Sequence record: DRR723986_6929
Direction: 5' to 3' (one strand)
Length of the DNA: 64,000 nt
Part shown: piece by piece, positions 61,205 to 64,000 of the stretch
Layout: every line of letters begins with the position of its first letter
Numbering within the stretch: position 1 is the first letter of the stretch
Made by a program: the position numbers and the translations under genes
Notes under the pieces: generated by a model
The model's database searches: none
Told to the model about the DNA's origin: nothing
What the model saw: the letters and a program-made list of their open reading frames with translations, nothing else

Positions 61205-61559
61205 ACGCTACTGTATCGACTAGGCCTTTTATGCTCTTTATGAGTTCAATCGGTGTCTTCCTCAATACCTTATTGGGCACCCGAAGCCAGCTCCGACTGG
61301 TCCGATCATCACCGCCAGAAATCGCGTCGATACCGCGAAACAAACGCACAAATTCAAGGCCTAGTTCAAACTCCTTTTTATTCGACCGCAAGGTATAGCT
61401 CCCGCTATTCATCCTGCTGATCGTCGCCATTGACAAACCCAAGACTTCAGAAAGCTCGGACGCCTTGATATTTAGGTGGCCAGCAGCTCTACAAACAGCA
61501 TCGGTTAAGACCTGTTCCTGCTTAGTTGCTGAGACCTCAGTTTTCTCGTTCTGTTTCAT
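61176..61559 (-). CDS. Xre/MbcA/ParS antitoxin
   Basis: LGLSMATISR HTH; WL..PN..L..TP. Confidence 0.9.
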   Translation of the reverse strand: MKQNEKTEVSATKQEQVLTDAVCRAAGHLNIKASELSEVLGLSMATISRMNSGSYTLRSNKKEFELGLEFVRLFRGIDAISGGDDRTSRSWLRVPNKVLRKTPIELIKSIKGLVDTVAYVDTYRAKI

Positions 61560-61692
61560 TTTCTTTTGCGTTTTCGGTTTCTATATTTTGCGATTTCACG
61601 TTCTTTGGTTTTCAGATTTTTATACTTTGATATTTCGCATTCTTCGGTGTTTCAAATATTCTTTTTTTTAATTCTCTTTAATGCAGCAAGTC

Positions 61693-61733
61693 ATTTCTAT
61701 AGAAATAAAATTTAACATTATTTTCTGTAGAAA
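61693..61733. promoter_or_regulatory. Paired palindromes, probable Xre-RES operator
   Basis: ATTTCTATAGAAAT and TTTCTGTAGAAA. Confidence 0.5.
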
Positions 61734-61851
61734 TCAAGCATCACATACGACGCCGCCATTCTAGTCAAAACACGACCTCGCTACTGCATCAACTCCAACC
61801 TATTAATTTCCGATAATTTATGCTACTATAAATTGAAATCGGAGAAGAATT

Positions 61852-62151
61852 ATGGCACGTCAAAATCAAAGCTATGTGGAAGGCTTGGCGAAGATCACAA
61901 CCGAAGAAGGTCAACTGGCTTACGGCATTCAACGCTATATTCTTGGCGTGATTGCCGTCGCTCTCTGGGTAGTCTTTTTCGCCTATACATTTACGGATGC
62001 TCAAATGCCATTTAAATGGCAAGGTGAGACGTCCTTCGGAGCTATTACAGTATTCGCTTTACTCGCAGTCGGCTTTACAATCGGCAGCTGGTGGGCAAAT
62101 CGTATCCACGACAAACTCGCCGACTTGCGCGAGCGAAACACCAACCAATAA
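61852..62151 (+). CDS. Small two-TM protein convergent with traG (entry-exclusion candidate)
   Basis: GGAG RBS, two TMs, stop 3 nt from traG stop. Confidence 0.55.
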   Translation: MARQNQSYVEGLAKITTEEGQLAYGIQRYILGVIAVALWVVFFAYTFTDAQMPFKWQGETSFGAITVFALLAVGFTIGSWWANRIHDKLADLRERNTNQ

Positions 62152-62154
62152 CCC

Positions 62155-63999
62155 TCAATGGCGTCGGTATCCACTCCAGCGACTATCATAATACCCTTTA
62201 GGCGTCGCAGTCGGGTCTGACGGTTTTTCTTCCACCTGTTCTGCAGCCTTTTGTCCACTGACTTGATGATCGTCGGCACCCTGCTCCTTGACCCACTCCT
62301 TGATTTCATGCGCCTGACCGCGCAGATCGGACACGCCGGACAGGAAAGCGCCGACTTGATCGACACGATCACCTTCAAAATCTTTATTACCAATTGTTTC
62401 ATCCCAGATATCCCGGACTTCATCGTTCCAATAATCATAGCTATTTACACTTTGACTTGTATCCACATCAGATTCCGAAAGAGAACTCCTAGCACCAGCC
62501 TCGCCACTGACATCCACAAGGCCAAAGAACTTAAACCCACCACCTATCTTGGTTCCCGCATAAATCTCGCTACTTCCCGTATGCGAATCCGAGGAAAAAT
62601 AACTCACCTGTTTACCGGCAATTCCAGACAGATAGTTCGACGATTGCTGGGCTACGCTATCCAGGAAAGTTTCCGTTGACCCTTCATTCTGGTGTTTCTC
62701 GAGCAAACGCCCAAAGCTAGCTGTGCCGCTATTATTGCCTGCTTCTGCAAGGTCCGCATACCGGAAGATCGTTTGACCGCCTTCAGTACCTTGACGCGCA
62801 TCAACCCGGAGGCCGTCTGATACATACACACTGTCATCCTGCGAGCCGCTAAGCCCTGATCGCACGTCCACCCTGCCCACTTCATTGGTGATCGGATCGA
62901 AAGTGAAAGCAAGCGATGAACCTGGCCGTGCAATATCCGTTTGGTCCGGCGACAAATACTGTCCAAACGCCTCAAGCGTCCGGTCATTAATCGCTGTCTC
63001 AAGGTTAGCACCGCGCGCATTCTGAATATCAGAAACACTAATGCCGTGCGCATCAGCAAAATTGGCAAGCCGTTCATTCTCAATAAGCCTGCCTCCAGCA
63101 TCAATGCGTGCTGCTTGCAACGATAGGTCTTGCGGGCTCTCACCGGTGTAAGCACTTGCATCGCGCACCCCCGCAGCTTCACCAGACGCTCGCTCGCGTC
63201 TAAGCTCCCCGCCAAGAGTAAGATTATCAAAATCACCTTCGCTAGCTTTGCCGGCAAACCGCGTATCACCTGAACTATAGAGCGTATCCAAAAACGAGCC
63301 CGCCCGTGATATCTGCTCGGGCGATAACCCTGCCCTTGTCGCTGCGACCCGAATTCCTTCTGCTCCGCCGAGGCGCTGACTTTCCTCTTGCCGGGCGGCC
63401 CCGAAGGTTCTGCTCAAATCACCACCCGTGCCAGCCACACGTCCAGCTGCAAGCTGGTTACCGTATCCTGCGATCAATTCCTTCGCGGTCCCCGTATCAA
63501 CGCCGAGGTCGGACGCCAATGTTTGAGCGCCGGTCTCAAAAGTTTGCGCATCCAAAAAACCCCGCTCTGCGCCCGTTGCAGCAGCATCATGCGCGCCGGT
63601 CGCCAACCCCGCTTCAGAAAAACCAGTCCACTCCCCGAGACCACTTACGCGTCCCGCCGCTACACCGCCCGCAGTTGCTCCTGCAAACCGGTATATATCC
63701 GCGCCGTTAACGCCCGCATCTGCACCAGCTCCAGAAAATGCCCGATGATGGGAAAGGTTCTGAAGCCATTGCCCTGTTGATTGCTGAGCAATCCCGGAAA
63801 ACCCGCCTGAGCCCGTTGCCCCAAGGCCGCTTAATGCACCTGCCGCCTGGGCTCTCGACTGGGTATCACCTGCCAGCCGCGTCGGGTTGAGACGGCTTTC
63901 CGCTGCCTCAGAGCCAATGGCTTCACCCTGCCGCGCAAACGAACCAGTAAGCTGCGCGAAACTGGCACCAGAGAAGCGGAAGATAGCGACAACAGCAAT
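62155..63999 (-). CDS. traG: Probable F-type TraG C-terminal region (5' partial)
   Basis: Frame open to window edge; end of TM segment followed by long G/A/S-rich region; conjugative context. Confidence 0.55.
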   Translation of the reverse strand: MAVVAIFRFSGASFAQLTGSFARQGEAIGSEAAESRLNPTRLAGDTQSRAQAAGALSGLGATGSGGFSGIAQQSTGQWLQNLSHHRAFSGAGADAGVNGADIYRFAGATAGGVAAGRVSGLGEWTGFSEAGLATGAHDAAATGAERGFLDAQTFETGAQTLASDLGVDTGTAKELIAGYGNQLAAGRVAGTGGDLSRTFGAARQEESQRLGGAEGIRVAATRAGLSPEQISRAGSFLDTLYSSGDTRFAGKASEGDFDNLTLGGELRRERASGEAAGVRDASAYTGESPQDLSLQAARIDAGGRLIENERLANFADAHGISVSDIQNARGANLETAINDRTLEAFGQYLSPDQTDIARPGSSLAFTFDPITNEVGRVDVRSGLSGSQDDSVYVSDGLRVDARQGTEGGQTIFRYADLAEAGNNSGTASFGRLLEKHQNEGSTETFLDSVAQQSSNYLSGIAGKQVSYFSSDSHTGSSEIYAGTKIGGGFKFFGLVDVSGEAGARSSLSESDVDTSQSVNSYDYWNDEVRDIWDETIGNKDFEGDRVDQVGAFLSGVSDLRGQAHEIKEWVKEQGADDHQVSGQKAAEQVEEKPSDPTATPKGYYDSRWSGYRRH

Positions 64000-64000
64000 G

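Overview
This 64 kb window looks like part of a conjugative element (plasmid or ICE, MOBF relaxase, F-type TraG) from what is probably an alphaproteobacterium. (1) 1-25 kb is a heavy-metal island: CueR/CadR/MerR regulators with 19-bp-spacer promoters, c-type cytochromes plus a porin, a CDF exporter, czcCBA-type RND, an FTR1/PbrT-like permease, merRTPA, and a cyclodipeptide synthase. Three exported Cys/His-rich leader ORFs ending in PP motifs each pair with the next gene's RBS region (CutF/CruR-like). (2) 25.4-42.5 kb is the probable leading region (ardC, DUF2958, ParB-like, BrnT TA, DUF736). ardC is split inside its HExxH motif by a 10.3 kb RIT element carrying efflux cargo and a tRNA-Met remnant. 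(3) 42.6-50.8 kb holds a candidate oriT, an accessory gene, T4CP and relaxase, followed by a coupled operon with an apparently split Cas4-like nuclease. (4) 51.9-61.7 kb is a defence-like island with an MBL / E2-E1-JAB / patatin ubiquitin-like operon lacking any CD-NTase, a NucA nuclease, DUF2235, an NDT-like gene and a RES-Xre TA pair. (5) The window ends with a candidate entry-exclusion gene and the 3' part of traG. All calls come from motif recognition by eye; no database searches were run.
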